This document shows positions 8,406-16,320 of a stretch of 51,446 nt of DNA, piece after piece (position 1 is the stretch's first letter; each line of letters opens with the position of its first letter). The notes under the pieces were generated by a model, which worked only from the letters and a program-made list of their open reading frames with translations, searched no databases and had not been told where the DNA came from. This DNA is from Bryobacteraceae bacterium. Lineage in GTDB: Bacteria; Acidobacteriota; Terriglobia; Bryobacterales; Bryobacteraceae. A program made the position numbers and the translations under genes. The DNA lies in the NCBI GenBank assembly GCA_041485845.1, contig JBGPKH010000001.1, forward strand, positions 1 through 51,446, read 5' to 3'.

Positions 8406-8986
8406 GCCACCCGCTCGACCTGCGCCCCATGGTCGTCGCCATTGCAGGACCGGATGGAGCGGGCAAGACGACGTTCTACCGCGCCCATCTCCAACCGGCC
8501 GGGCTGCGCTCTGTCAATGCTGATTTAATCGCCCGGGAATTGAACATCGATCCCTATGCCGCCGCACGAGTGGCCGATGCCCTGCGACAGGAACTGGTAC
8601 GCCAACGGGAAAGCTTCGTCTTCGAGACCGTATTCTCCGGCCCGGTGGGCGAAAAGCTGGCCTTTCTCCAAGACGCCGCGCAGGCCGGTTACACTACGAT
8701 CTTGTGTTTTATCGGGACTTCCGGACCGGATGTCTCCGAACAGCGCGTGTCCATGCGCGTCTCCCAAGGCGGGCACGATGTTCCGAGCGAGAAGCTGATC
8801 GCGCGGTTCCCACGCACCCGGGCTAATCTTAAGGCCGCTCTCCACGAGCTACCCAATGTCTGGGTCTTCGACAATGACGATCTGCGAACCCCATTCCGTC
8901 TGGTTGCGGTTCTTGAAAACGGCCGGGTTGTCAAGCTGCGGCGGCCGGTTCCAAAGTGGCTCAAGCCGCTGCTGCCGAGACGGTGA
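8402..8986 (+). CDS. Zeta-toxin-like / AAA-family P-loop kinase (toxin partner)
   Basis: Walker A VVAIAGPDGAGKTT, then ...ESFVFETVFSG..., ...ILCFIGT...SEQRVSMRVSQGGHDVPSEKLIARFPR, typical of the zeta-toxin/COG4185 fold. Start is GTG 8402 (or ATG 8429). Confidence 0.8.
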   Translation: MSHPLDLRPMVVAIAGPDGAGKTTFYRAHLQPAGLRSVNADLIARELNIDPYAAARVADALRQELVRQRESFVFETVFSGPVGEKLAFLQDAAQAGYTTILCFIGTSGPDVSEQRVSMRVSQGGHDVPSEKLIARFPRTRANLKAALHELPNVWVFDNDDLRTPFRLVAVLENGRVVKLRRPVPKWLKPLLPRR

Positions 8987-9056
8987 TTGGCGCGTGGCCG
9001 CCAGCTCGCCGGCGAGGTCTGCACATCGACGTAGCGGCGCGGACGATAATATCGGA

Positions 9057-10925
9057 ATGAGAGTTCCCCTCCGTGCCGTCATATCGCTCCTGGCTACACT
9101 CCCCGTGCTGGCCGGCGCATCCATCGAATCCCGGCTTTCCCAGCCCTTGCTCAACTCCAGACAAACCATGGTCGAAGCGCAGATTTACCTGGCTTCACGC
9201 GTCAAGCCCATGCCGCCCGCCCGGGACCGCGCCGAGTGGGAGAAATACGCCGCCGGTCTGCGCGGCCAGATCCTTGACAACGTCGTCTTCCGGGGGGAAG
9301 CCGCGCAGTGGCGCAACATCCCGGTCAAGGTGGAATGGCTCGACATCGTCCCCGCGAGCGGTTACCGTCTGCGCAAGTTTCGCTACCAGGTGCTCCCGGG
9401 CCTGTGGCTGCCAGCCGTACTCTACGAGCCTGCCGGGTTGAAGGACCGGGTTCCGGTCGTCATCAACGTCAACGGGCACGAAGGCGACGGCATGGCCATT
9501 CCTTACATCCAGCAGCGGTGCATTCACCTGGCGCGCAACGGCGTACTCGCCTTTAACTATGAGTGGTACAGCAAGGGGCAGATGAACCTCAAGGGGTACA
9601 GCCACGCGCGCATGAACCAGCTCGATCTGACCGGCACCAGCGGCTTGGCGCCGTTCTTCCTTGCTATGCAGCATCTGCTCGATGTAGCCCTCAGCCATCC
9701 CAACGCCGATACTGCCCGCGTCGCAGTCACCGGCCTTTCCGGGGGCGGCTGGCAGACCATCCTTCTCAGCGCACTGGATCCACGGGTTACGCTGACTGCC
9801 CCGGTAGCCGGCTACTCCAGCTTTGTCACTCGTACTCAGTTTCCCGTGCAGGACCTCGGCGATTCCGAGCAAACCCCGGTCGACCTCGGCCGCTACGCCG
9901 ATTACACCCACCTCACCGCGCTGCTGGCGCCGCGGCCATCGCTCCTCACCCATAACGCCTTCGACAACTGCTGCTTCCGCGCCGATTACGCCATCGGTCC
10001 GCTCCTGGTGGCGGCGCAGCCCTTCTTCGCGCTGCTGGGGCGCCCCGAGCGGCTTCGTTACCACGCTAACTTCGACCAAGGCCACAATTACGGGGAGGAC
10101 AATCGCCAGACCTTCTACCGCTTCCTCGCCGAGTTCTACTTTGCCGGTGGCAGCTTCCCGGACCAGGAGGAACCCGCGGACCTGCGCACTCCCGAGGAAC
10201 TGCGCATGCCGCTGCCCGAACCGAACGAAGACTTCCACACGCTGGCGAAAGGACTGAGTGAGAAACTGCCGCGCCCGCTGGCGATTTCCACCGATGCATC
10301 GCGAGAGAAACTCCGCGAAATCGTCCGCTGGACCGATTATCGCGTGACGGTGCAGCCGGCTGGAGGCGACACTTCGGCCTGGCGTCTCTCCATGAACGGC
10401 AACTGGACTGTCCCGGCGGTGGAATTCGCCACCGAAGGCGCTGCGGGCGCCACACTCGTCCTGGGCGACGCCGGCAAGGCCAAGCTCGCCACGGACATCC
10501 AACAGCTTCTGGACCGGGGCCAGCGCGTGATCGCCATCGACCCCTTTTATTTCGGCGAATGCCGCATCGAAACGCGCGACTACCTGTACGCCCTGCTCAT
10601 CTCCGCGTTGGGCGAGCGGCCGCTGGGTGTGCAGGCCGGGCAAGTGGCGGCCGTGGCACGCTGGCTGCGACAGAAGTACGGTCCGGTCACGGTGGAATCC
10701 TTCGGTCCCCGCACCAGTCTGATCGCTCTGGTCGCCGCAGCCGTCGAAACCGGAGCCATCCGCGAGGTGAAGCTGCACCAGGCCATGGCGACGTTGCGGG
10801 AGCCCATCGAGCGCGATATGGAAGTCAGCGCCGCGCCCGAACTGTTCTGCTTCGGATTGCTCGAATGGTTCGATGTGAAGCAACTGGCGGCGCTGGTAGC
10901 GCCGCGGCCGTTGAGTAACGAATGA
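9057..10925 (+). CDS. Secreted alpha/beta-hydrolase (acetyl-xylan-esterase/dienelactone-hydrolase-like)
   Basis: Start placed at MRVPLRAVISLLATLPVLAGA (signal peptide). Nucleophile elbow VAVTGLSGGGWQT. N-terminal region as in AXE1-like esterases. Substrate unknown. Confidence 0.75.
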   Translation: MRVPLRAVISLLATLPVLAGASIESRLSQPLLNSRQTMVEAQIYLASRVKPMPPARDRAEWEKYAAGLRGQILDNVVFRGEAAQWRNIPVKVEWLDIVPASGYRLRKFRYQVLPGLWLPAVLYEPAGLKDRVPVVINVNGHEGDGMAIPYIQQRCIHLARNGVLAFNYEWYSKGQMNLKGYSHARMNQLDLTGTSGLAPFFLAMQHLLDVALSHPNADTARVAVTGLSGGGWQTILLSALDPRVTLTAPVAGYSSFVTRTQFPVQDLGDSEQTPVDLGRYADYTHLTALLAPRPSLLTHNAFDNCCFRADYAIGPLLVAAQPFFALLGRPERLRYHANFDQGHNYGEDNRQTFYRFLAEFYFAGGSFPDQEEPADLRTPEELRMPLPEPNEDFHTLAKGLSEKLPRPLAISTDASREKLREIVRWTDYRVTVQPAGGDTSAWRLSMNGNWTVPAVEFATEGAAGATLVLGDAGKAKLATDIQQLLDRGQRVIAIDPFYFGECRIETRDYLYALLISALGERPLGVQAGQVAAVARWLRQKYGPVTVESFGPRTSLIALVAAAVETGAIREVKLHQAMATLREPIERDMEVSAAPELFCFGLLEWFDVKQLAALVAPRPLSNE

Positions 10926-10941
10926 GCGGGCCAGACGTTCT

Positions 10942-12873
10942 TCACTCCGCAATTCGCAGTTGAATCCGCGATCCGTCCTCGCCGCCGAAGTACACGCGCT
11001 GCATGGCCTTCACGAAGTCGCTCGACAAAGCCTTGGGGATCTCCATGAACTTCTGCGGATTGCGGTCGGTCAGCGGGAACCACGAGCTCTGAATCTGCAC
11101 CATGATGCGATGGCCCGGCCGGAACGTGTGCGCGATGTCGGGCAGGTTGAACGTGATGCGATCGGGCTTGCCGGGCTCGAAGGGCGCCGGCTTCTCGAAG
11201 CTCTTGCGGAACTTGCCGCGGAACGGCTCGCCGCGGATGAGCTGCTGGTAGCCTCCGATGGGAACCGGCGAGGGCGTGGCGGTTTGGCCGGGTTGCTGCG
11301 GGAGACTGTTGTAGTCGGGCGAATCGCCGGGATAGACATCGATCACCTTCACCACGAAGTCGGCATCGGTGCCGGTAGTGGAGACTTTCAGGTCCACCGA
11401 GATCGGTCCGAAGACATTCACGTCGCGATCCAGCACGCCGGTCTTGTAGACCAGCACGTCGGGACGCGCGGCGGCGAAGCGCTGGTCCTCGGTCATGTAG
11501 CTGTTGAGCACGCCCATGGTGACGCGGCCGATGTAGGGCACCGGCTTGTTCGGGTCGGCCAGGTATTCGTCAAATGCGGCTTGCGCGGGCTGCTGCCACG
11601 AGAGCTTGCCCTTGCCATCCAGATACAGGCTGGTGGGCCGGACATCGGGGGGAGGCCATTTCTCGAAACGGCGCCACTGGTTCATGCCGGTCTGAAAGAG
11701 GTACGCCCGCGGAAACTTTCCGTCGCCCTTGCCTTTCAGGTAGAACTGAAAGAACGGGAACTCGATCCTCTCTCGGTAGTACTGCGCGGTCTTCGACCCG
11801 AAGTTGACATTGCCCAAACGGTCGCCATCGCCGCGCGAGAAGCCGCCGTGGTTCCACGGACCCATGACCAGCATGTCCACGGCGGGCGGCGTGTTCTTCT
11901 CCATGAAGTCGAACTGGCGCAGAGGCCCTTGCGGATCTTCGGTGTCGTACCAGCCGCCCACCAGCATGACCGCGGGCTTGATGGCCTTCAAATGTTTCCA
12001 GATGGCGCGCGACTGCCACACTTCGTCGTAAGTGGTGTGGTCGATGTTCAGATTCCAATACGGCTGCTTGTGCTTGAAATACTTCTCGTCGGCATTGGCC
12101 AGCGAGCCCATCTCCAGATAAAACTCGTAGCCGTCTGGCGTGCCGTACTGAAACGGCAGCGTGGGCTGCGGCGGCGCGGGGTCGCCCTCGCGGCCGCGGA
12201 ATCCCATGTAAAAGCTGAAGCGGTGGGCCAGCATGAAGGCGCCGTTGTGATAAACGTCGTCGCCCATGTAGTAATCGGTGACGGGCGCCTGCGGGGCCAC
12301 CGCCACCAGCGCGGGATGCGCGTCGATCATGCCGGCGGTCACGTAAAAGCCCGGCTGCGAGATCCCGTACATCCCGGCCTTGCCGGTATTGCCGGGAACG
12401 TTCTTGACAAGCCAGTCGATGGTGTCGTAAGTGTCGGTGCTCTCGTCGGTGTCTTTGGGACCGCTCTTGTTGGGCTTGTGCGGGCGGATGAGGACGTAGT
12501 CGCCTTCGCTCATGAATCGGCCGCGGACGTCCTGGTAGGCGAAGATGTATTTCTCGCGAAAGAACAGTTCCGAAGGCCCGAGCGTGGCGCGGTACTGGTC
12601 GATGCCGTATGGCGCGACGTTGTAGCCGGTGCGCTGCATCAGGATGGGGTAGGTCCTGGCGTCGGTGAAGACGTCCTTGGGAACGTAGACGGAGGTGAAG
12701 AGCTTCACGCCATCGCGCATGGCGATGCGGTACTCGAATTTGGTGTAGTTCTCGCGAACGGCAGCGGCGCCCGGAGCGTTTGGGGGCGGCGCGGGTGTGG
12801 GCGCCGCGGCTCCGCCACGGCCCTGGGCGGCAAGCTGGGAAGCGAAGAGCAGCAAAGCGGACAAAGTGCGCAT
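10942..12873 (-). CDS. CocE/NonD-family hydrolase / Xaa-Pro dipeptidyl-peptidase (S15)
   Basis: Start at MRTLSALLLFASQLAAQ (signal peptide). ...IAMRDGVKLFTSVYVPKD...YPILMQRTGYNVAPYG, nucleophile region AGMYGISQPGFY, and a C-terminal beta-sandwich ending ...HRIMVQIQSSWFPL.DRNPQ. Confidence 0.9.
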   Translation of the reverse strand: MRTLSALLLFASQLAAQGRGGAAAPTPAPPPNAPGAAAVRENYTKFEYRIAMRDGVKLFTSVYVPKDVFTDARTYPILMQRTGYNVAPYGIDQYRATLGPSELFFREKYIFAYQDVRGRFMSEGDYVLIRPHKPNKSGPKDTDESTDTYDTIDWLVKNVPGNTGKAGMYGISQPGFYVTAGMIDAHPALVAVAPQAPVTDYYMGDDVYHNGAFMLAHRFSFYMGFRGREGDPAPPQPTLPFQYGTPDGYEFYLEMGSLANADEKYFKHKQPYWNLNIDHTTYDEVWQSRAIWKHLKAIKPAVMLVGGWYDTEDPQGPLRQFDFMEKNTPPAVDMLVMGPWNHGGFSRGDGDRLGNVNFGSKTAQYYRERIEFPFFQFYLKGKGDGKFPRAYLFQTGMNQWRRFEKWPPPDVRPTSLYLDGKGKLSWQQPAQAAFDEYLADPNKPVPYIGRVTMGVLNSYMTEDQRFAAARPDVLVYKTGVLDRDVNVFGPISVDLKVSTTGTDADFVVKVIDVYPGDSPDYNSLPQQPGQTATPSPVPIGGYQQLIRGEPFRGKFRKSFEKPAPFEPGKPDRITFNLPDIAHTFRPGHRIMVQIQSSWFPLTDRNPQKFMEIPKALSSDFVKAMQRVYFGGEDGSRIQLRIAE

Positions 12874-12906
12874 GGCGATTGAGTTGATTCTAGCCCAACC
12901 GTGGCC
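12804..12906. repeat. Direct repeat copy A (103 bp), the functional 5' end and upstream region of the S15 peptidase gene
   Basis: Hand alignment with 14473-14575 gives equal length, 97 of 103 identical, and all 6 differences are transitions. Confidence 0.9.
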
Positions 12907-13339
12907 GGGCAGGCGCCGTTTGTCGATATCAGCGTGAACGCCGGCTTGCCCGAAACGCCTCCACCTTGTAGTTCGCCGGATCCGCGGCATTTCGGGATTG
13001 ATTCCGGTAACGATTCCGCCAAGCCTCAGGCGCTCTGGTTACGGGGGCGGCGCCGAAAGAAACTTCGGAGGCTCCATCATTGATCCACGTGCCCGGTGCA
13101 ATCCGGATCGATATGCCGGCGAACTTTCCCGGCCGCTGGAATGCCTGGCGCGAAAGTCATCCGGATGTGAAGTTGATTATGCGCGGCGCCAGCTTCAAGG
13201 GCCGCGAGCTCGCCACAGTAAATCTCAGCCATGCCGATTCGTGGCAGCGACTTTTGCGGTGCGCAACTCCCCGGCGCCAATCCGGGATATATGGTGGAAA
13301 TGATTCCCGAGAATAGAACCTGCGAGGTGCAATGCAGGT

Positions 13340-13648
13340 ATGGTTCGCGCTAGCAGAACCGTTTTAGTCGAGTACAAAGAGGGTCGCTGGACGGTTCGCA
13401 GGGTGCTTTACAAGCGTGCGCCCCGAACCTTCGCCACCAAGTCCGAAGCGGTGGCAGCCGCCAAGGCCATCGCGCTCGCCACGCAGCCGAGTCAGGTCAC
13501 CATCATAGGCCGCGATGGCCGTCTGCAGCGTGGTTTTGTCTACGGTCTCCCCAGAATCCCGCGGTCTCCCTATAGGGGCGCGATTTCCGACCAAATCGAG
13601 CGCGCAGTCCTGAAGGTCTCCGACATGATGGAAGCCCGAGGCGAGTGA
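13340..13648 (+). CDS. DUF2188-like small protein
   Basis: 102 aa. ...GRWTVRRV....RTFATKSEAVAAAKAIALATQPSQVTIIGRDGRLQ fits the DUF2188 pattern (gW.V......f.t..eAi..A..iA......l.ihgrDGri). GAGGTG lies upstream. The stop overlaps the next start (GTGA). Confidence 0.55.
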   Translation: MVRASRTVLVEYKEGRWTVRRVLYKRAPRTFATKSEAVAAAKAIALATQPSQVTIIGRDGRLQRGFVYGLPRIPRSPYRGAISDQIERAVLKVSDMMEARGE

Positions 13649-14262
13649 GCGCTCCATTAGGTTCGCCGAACGTCTTCATCAATTGCCCTTTTGACAAGGC
13701 CTATCGGCCCGTGTTCGAGGCGGTGGTGTTCACGGTCTACAATCTCGGCTTCGCTCCCCGATGTGCGCTCGAGGTCGATGACGGCAGTCAGGTGCGCATT
13801 GAGAAGATCGCCACCATGATCGCTCAGTGCCCGTACGGCGTGCACGATCTATCGTGGGTCGGCATCGATCCCAAGACGCGGCTGCCCAGATTCAATATGC
13901 CGCTGGAGCTTGGACTGTACTTGGGATGCCAGAGGTTTGGCGGCAAATCGCAGCGCGCCAAGAACTGTCTGATATTGGATCGCCACCCGTTTCGATATCG
14001 AGCCTTCATGTCCGACATCTCGGGCCAGGACATCCACGCCTACAATGGAACGCCCAGGGGGGCAATTGCCGCCGTGCGGGATTGGCTCTGCGCCGCGTCC
14101 AAACGCGGCGAGTTGCCCGGCGGCGCCGAAATGTACGCCCGGTATTGCCTGTTCAGACGCCAACTGCCTGGAATGTGCCGCCAATTCAAGCGCCGCCCCT
14201 CCGAACTTACCTACATGGACTACTCCGAAATGGCGCTGATCTGGCTGAGCCGAAACCGTTAG
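13645..14262 (+). CDS. Uncharacterised protein with a TIR-like / nucleoside-2-deoxyribosyltransferase-like N-terminal domain (inference)
   Basis: 205 aa. The beta-alpha pattern VFINCPFDKAYRPVFEAVVFTVYNLGFAPRCALE..., RIEKIATMIAQCPYGVHDLS, and PRFNMPLELGLYLG (conserved Glu88) resembles flavodoxin-fold TIR-like domains. The C-terminal roughly 60 aa match nothing I know. Codon usage is host-like and the gene is coupled to the upstream gene. Confidence 0.6.
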   Translation: MSAPLGSPNVFINCPFDKAYRPVFEAVVFTVYNLGFAPRCALEVDDGSQVRIEKIATMIAQCPYGVHDLSWVGIDPKTRLPRFNMPLELGLYLGCQRFGGKSQRAKNCLILDRHPFRYRAFMSDISGQDIHAYNGTPRGAIAAVRDWLCAASKRGELPGGAEMYARYCLFRRQLPGMCRQFKRRPSELTYMDYSEMALIWLSRNR

Positions 14263-14472
14263 ACCTTGTTACGAAACAACGTTGCCGTAGGCTTTTTTCT
14301 TGGTGTTCCGGCCGCAGGCCCATTGGGCACTCCCTTCGGTCGCGTCCCGGCAGGAGGTAAGTTACTGCGCCGCGACCAAAGGGAGCGAGGAGAAGGTTGT
14401 TTCATGACGAGCCCCCTTAGTGCGGCACCAGCCGCCAATCGCTCCACCGGTTGAGCCTCTGGCCGGTGCGGC

Positions 14473-14575
14473 CCGCGGCTCCGCCACGGCCCTGGGCGGC
14501 AGGCTGGGAAGCGAAGAGCGGCAAAGCAGACAAAGTGCGCACGGCGATTGAGTTGATTCCAGCCCAACCGCGGCC
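14473..14575. repeat. Direct repeat copy B (103 bp), a dead duplicate of the peptidase 5' end
   Basis: See copy A. The peptidase ATG is GTG here, and the reading frame runs into unrelated sequence after the repeat boundary. ORF-track entries 14417-14605 and 14259-14567 are artefacts of this duplicate. Confidence 0.9.
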
Positions 14576-14629
14576 TATGCTTGGAGTGGCACTCAGTTCA
14601 TTCAATCATTTCAGGAAGGAACGTATCGC

Positions 14630-14974
14630 ATGGCAGAAACCGGCCTCAAAGGTCCCTTTGCGCTTACCGAACCGGCGCTCCAGCAGGAGGTGAACGAGAA
14701 GTCCCCGGGCGCTTACGCCCTGGATCAGTCCCACGATTCCGGCGGCTTCCACATCAGCTACGTCGGCCGGTCGGACACCGATGTGAACGAACGGCTGCGC
14801 CAGCACGTGGGCAAATACAAGCGCTTCAAGTTCGATTACTACGCGACCCCCAGGGATGCTTTCGACAAGGAATGCGGGCTCTACCACGACTTCAACCCGC
14901 CGGCCAAGATCAACCATCCCGAGCGGCCTTCGCACTCGGGGTGGAAATGCCCGCGGTGCAAGATCTTCGGGTAG
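14630..14974 (+). CDS. Small GIY-YIG-like nuclease-domain protein with C-terminal CxxC
   Basis: 114 aa. PGAYAL...HISYVGRSDTDVNERLRQHV (GIY...YIG-like with the conserved R), FDKECGLYHDF (catalytic-type Glu), NHPERP...WKCPRCKIFG. AGGAAGGA RBS upstream. Confidence 0.6.
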   Translation: MAETGLKGPFALTEPALQQEVNEKSPGAYALDQSHDSGGFHISYVGRSDTDVNERLRQHVGKYKRFKFDYYATPRDAFDKECGLYHDFNPPAKINHPERPSHSGWKCPRCKIFG

Positions 14975-14980
14975 GGGAAA

Positions 14981-15002
14981 GGACAGGCCAGGAGGCCTGT
15001 CC
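14981..15002. terminator. GC-rich hairpin (ggacaggcc-agga-ggcctgtcc) between convergent genes; copy 2 of the reused 24-nt element
   Basis: 9-bp stem with a 4-nt loop in the 31-bp gap between the GIY-YIG stop (14974) and the DUF4159 stop (15006). Identical core to 5920-5943. Confidence 0.5.
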
Positions 15003-15005
15003 CAC

Positions 15006-15830
15006 CTAGTGGGTCATCGCATAGGTCAAGTAGTTGACGCCAATGCGGAGGGCCAGCGAGGCGTACTTTTCCGGATAACGGGGCTCGTCGGCATACTGCC
15101 AGGCATCGCCGAGATCCATGTTATGGCAGATGGCCACCTGGATGCGCCCCCGGTCATCGTAAATTCCAGCCCAGCGCTCGTGGTAGCCATCGTACTCATA
15201 GGTACGGCCACTGTGCAGGAACTGCGCGCCGGGAACCTGGACGCGGCTGCTCAAATCGCTGACGTTGTGGAAAATCGGGTCGTCGTCGGGAATGTCGACC
15301 ACCGGCCGGTCCGGAAAGATTTGCCGCAGACCTTGCATGAAGACTTCCCATTCATAGGTCCCGTGAAAGTCATCCACCATGAGGAAGCCGCCGCGGTCCA
15401 GGTATTCGCGGATCTTCTTGGCTTGGGCGGGAGTGAGACCCCAATGACCGACCTCCACGGCATACAGCCAGGGATAGTCCAGCATCGGGCCATCGTCGAT
15501 GTCGATGACCTCTTCCACCGACCGGGTGTGAATGCGCGTCAGGCGCCGCGTGGCGACCTCGAAGAGGCGGTCCGCGCGGTTGGAATCGATGCCCCAACTG
15601 GATCTGCGGCGATAGCCATACCCGAACCCCTGCCCGCCGCCTCCGTACTGGCGATACCGCAGCCGGGCGAAGGCAAACTCGGCCTTCTCGCCGGCGTCCG
15701 GCGGATCGTCGACCGGATCCTGCATCTCCCTTTCCCATTGTTGGGAGTGGCGCACCTGGAATCCGCGCAGGATGACTACCGGCGCCAGCGTCAATGCGAG
15801 CAGTACCAGGACGGCAGAACGCTTTTTCAT
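15006..15830 (-). CDS. DUF4159-domain protein (signal-anchored)
   Basis: Start placed at MKKRSAVLVLLALTLAPVV, with GGAG upstream. FAFARLRY..., WGIDSNRADRLF, YPWLYAVEVGHWGLTPAQAKKIREYLDRGGFLMVDDFHG, and IFPDRP..DIPDDDPIFH are typical of DUF4159. Confidence 0.8.
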   Translation of the reverse strand: MKKRSAVLVLLALTLAPVVILRGFQVRHSQQWEREMQDPVDDPPDAGEKAEFAFARLRYRQYGGGGQGFGYGYRRRSSWGIDSNRADRLFEVATRRLTRIHTRSVEEVIDIDDGPMLDYPWLYAVEVGHWGLTPAQAKKIREYLDRGGFLMVDDFHGTYEWEVFMQGLRQIFPDRPVVDIPDDDPIFHNVSDLSSRVQVPGAQFLHSGRTYEYDGYHERWAGIYDDRGRIQVAICHNMDLGDAWQYADEPRYPEKYASLALRIGVNYLTYAMTH

Positions 15831-15946
15831 AACTCCGTCACTCGGGGCGTAGTGGGATCTGCGTAACCAGTGTACTCCATGGCGGGGCAGTGACGCCGTG
15901 CTTCGATTCGGTGCAAGGTCACCGGCTTTTCTACCGCACGCTCCAG

Positions 15947-16252
15947 GTCCCCATCGCTGCCATCCCGTGCCGTGGGCCTCGGCGATGTCGCGTCGCGCCC
16001 CGTAAATCACACGATTACCAGCAAACGCTCCCGCGGCCCGATTTCCTATAGGTTCGGCACGCCACGTGCATTTTCGATCCATCGGGAATTCCGGTGTTGC
16101 TGAAGTTCGGCGGCTGTCCATTATCGCGTGCCGGCCGGACAGGAATCCGTTGCCCCAAATGGGGCATCGCCGTGAACCTGGTGGCGCATATCCGGCAGGG
16201 GCGCGACGCGACATCGCCGAGGCCAACGGCACGGGATGGCAAGCGATGGGAC
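15947..16252. repeat. MITE-like element: 55-bp terminal inverted repeats around a 196-bp core
   Basis: The left arm (15947-16001) and right arm (16198-16252) are reverse complements, apart from 1 mismatch and one compensated 1-nt indel (hand alignment). It lies in the intergenic region between the DUF4159 gene and the histidine kinase. Confidence 0.75.
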
Positions 16253-16320
16253 TTGGCGTTTGCCGCGGTTGCGACGGCAGCGCGCTATGATCCAGAGAGA
16301 CGGCGCAGAATGAGAGACAA

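Noticed and set aside
9195-10952. Very long ORFs antisense to, or out of frame with, confident genes (e.g. 9195-10952 -, 10960-12882 +, 25465-26958 +, 35819-38602 -, 38497-39912 -, 47575-48627 +, 21878-23218 -).
   Set aside because: These are typical shadow ORFs of high-G+C DNA. Their translations are Arg/Gly/Pro/Ala-rich with no motifs. The opposite or alternative frame carries clear family signatures and higher third-position G+C.
13080-13316. 78-aa ORF (and the antisense 13077-13280) inside the gene-free part of the cassette, with a faint pentapeptide-repeat flavour (MRGASFKGRELATVNLSHAD).
   Set aside because: The TTG start has no RBS. Coding bias decays over the second half, there is no convincing motif, and both strands are equally open. 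It could be a gene remnant, but that is unsupported.
14259-14605. ORF-track entries 14259-14567 and 14417-14605 on the minus strand.
   Set aside because: They exist only because they run through repeat copy B, the duplicated peptidase signal-peptide region. Outside the repeat they have no coding character.
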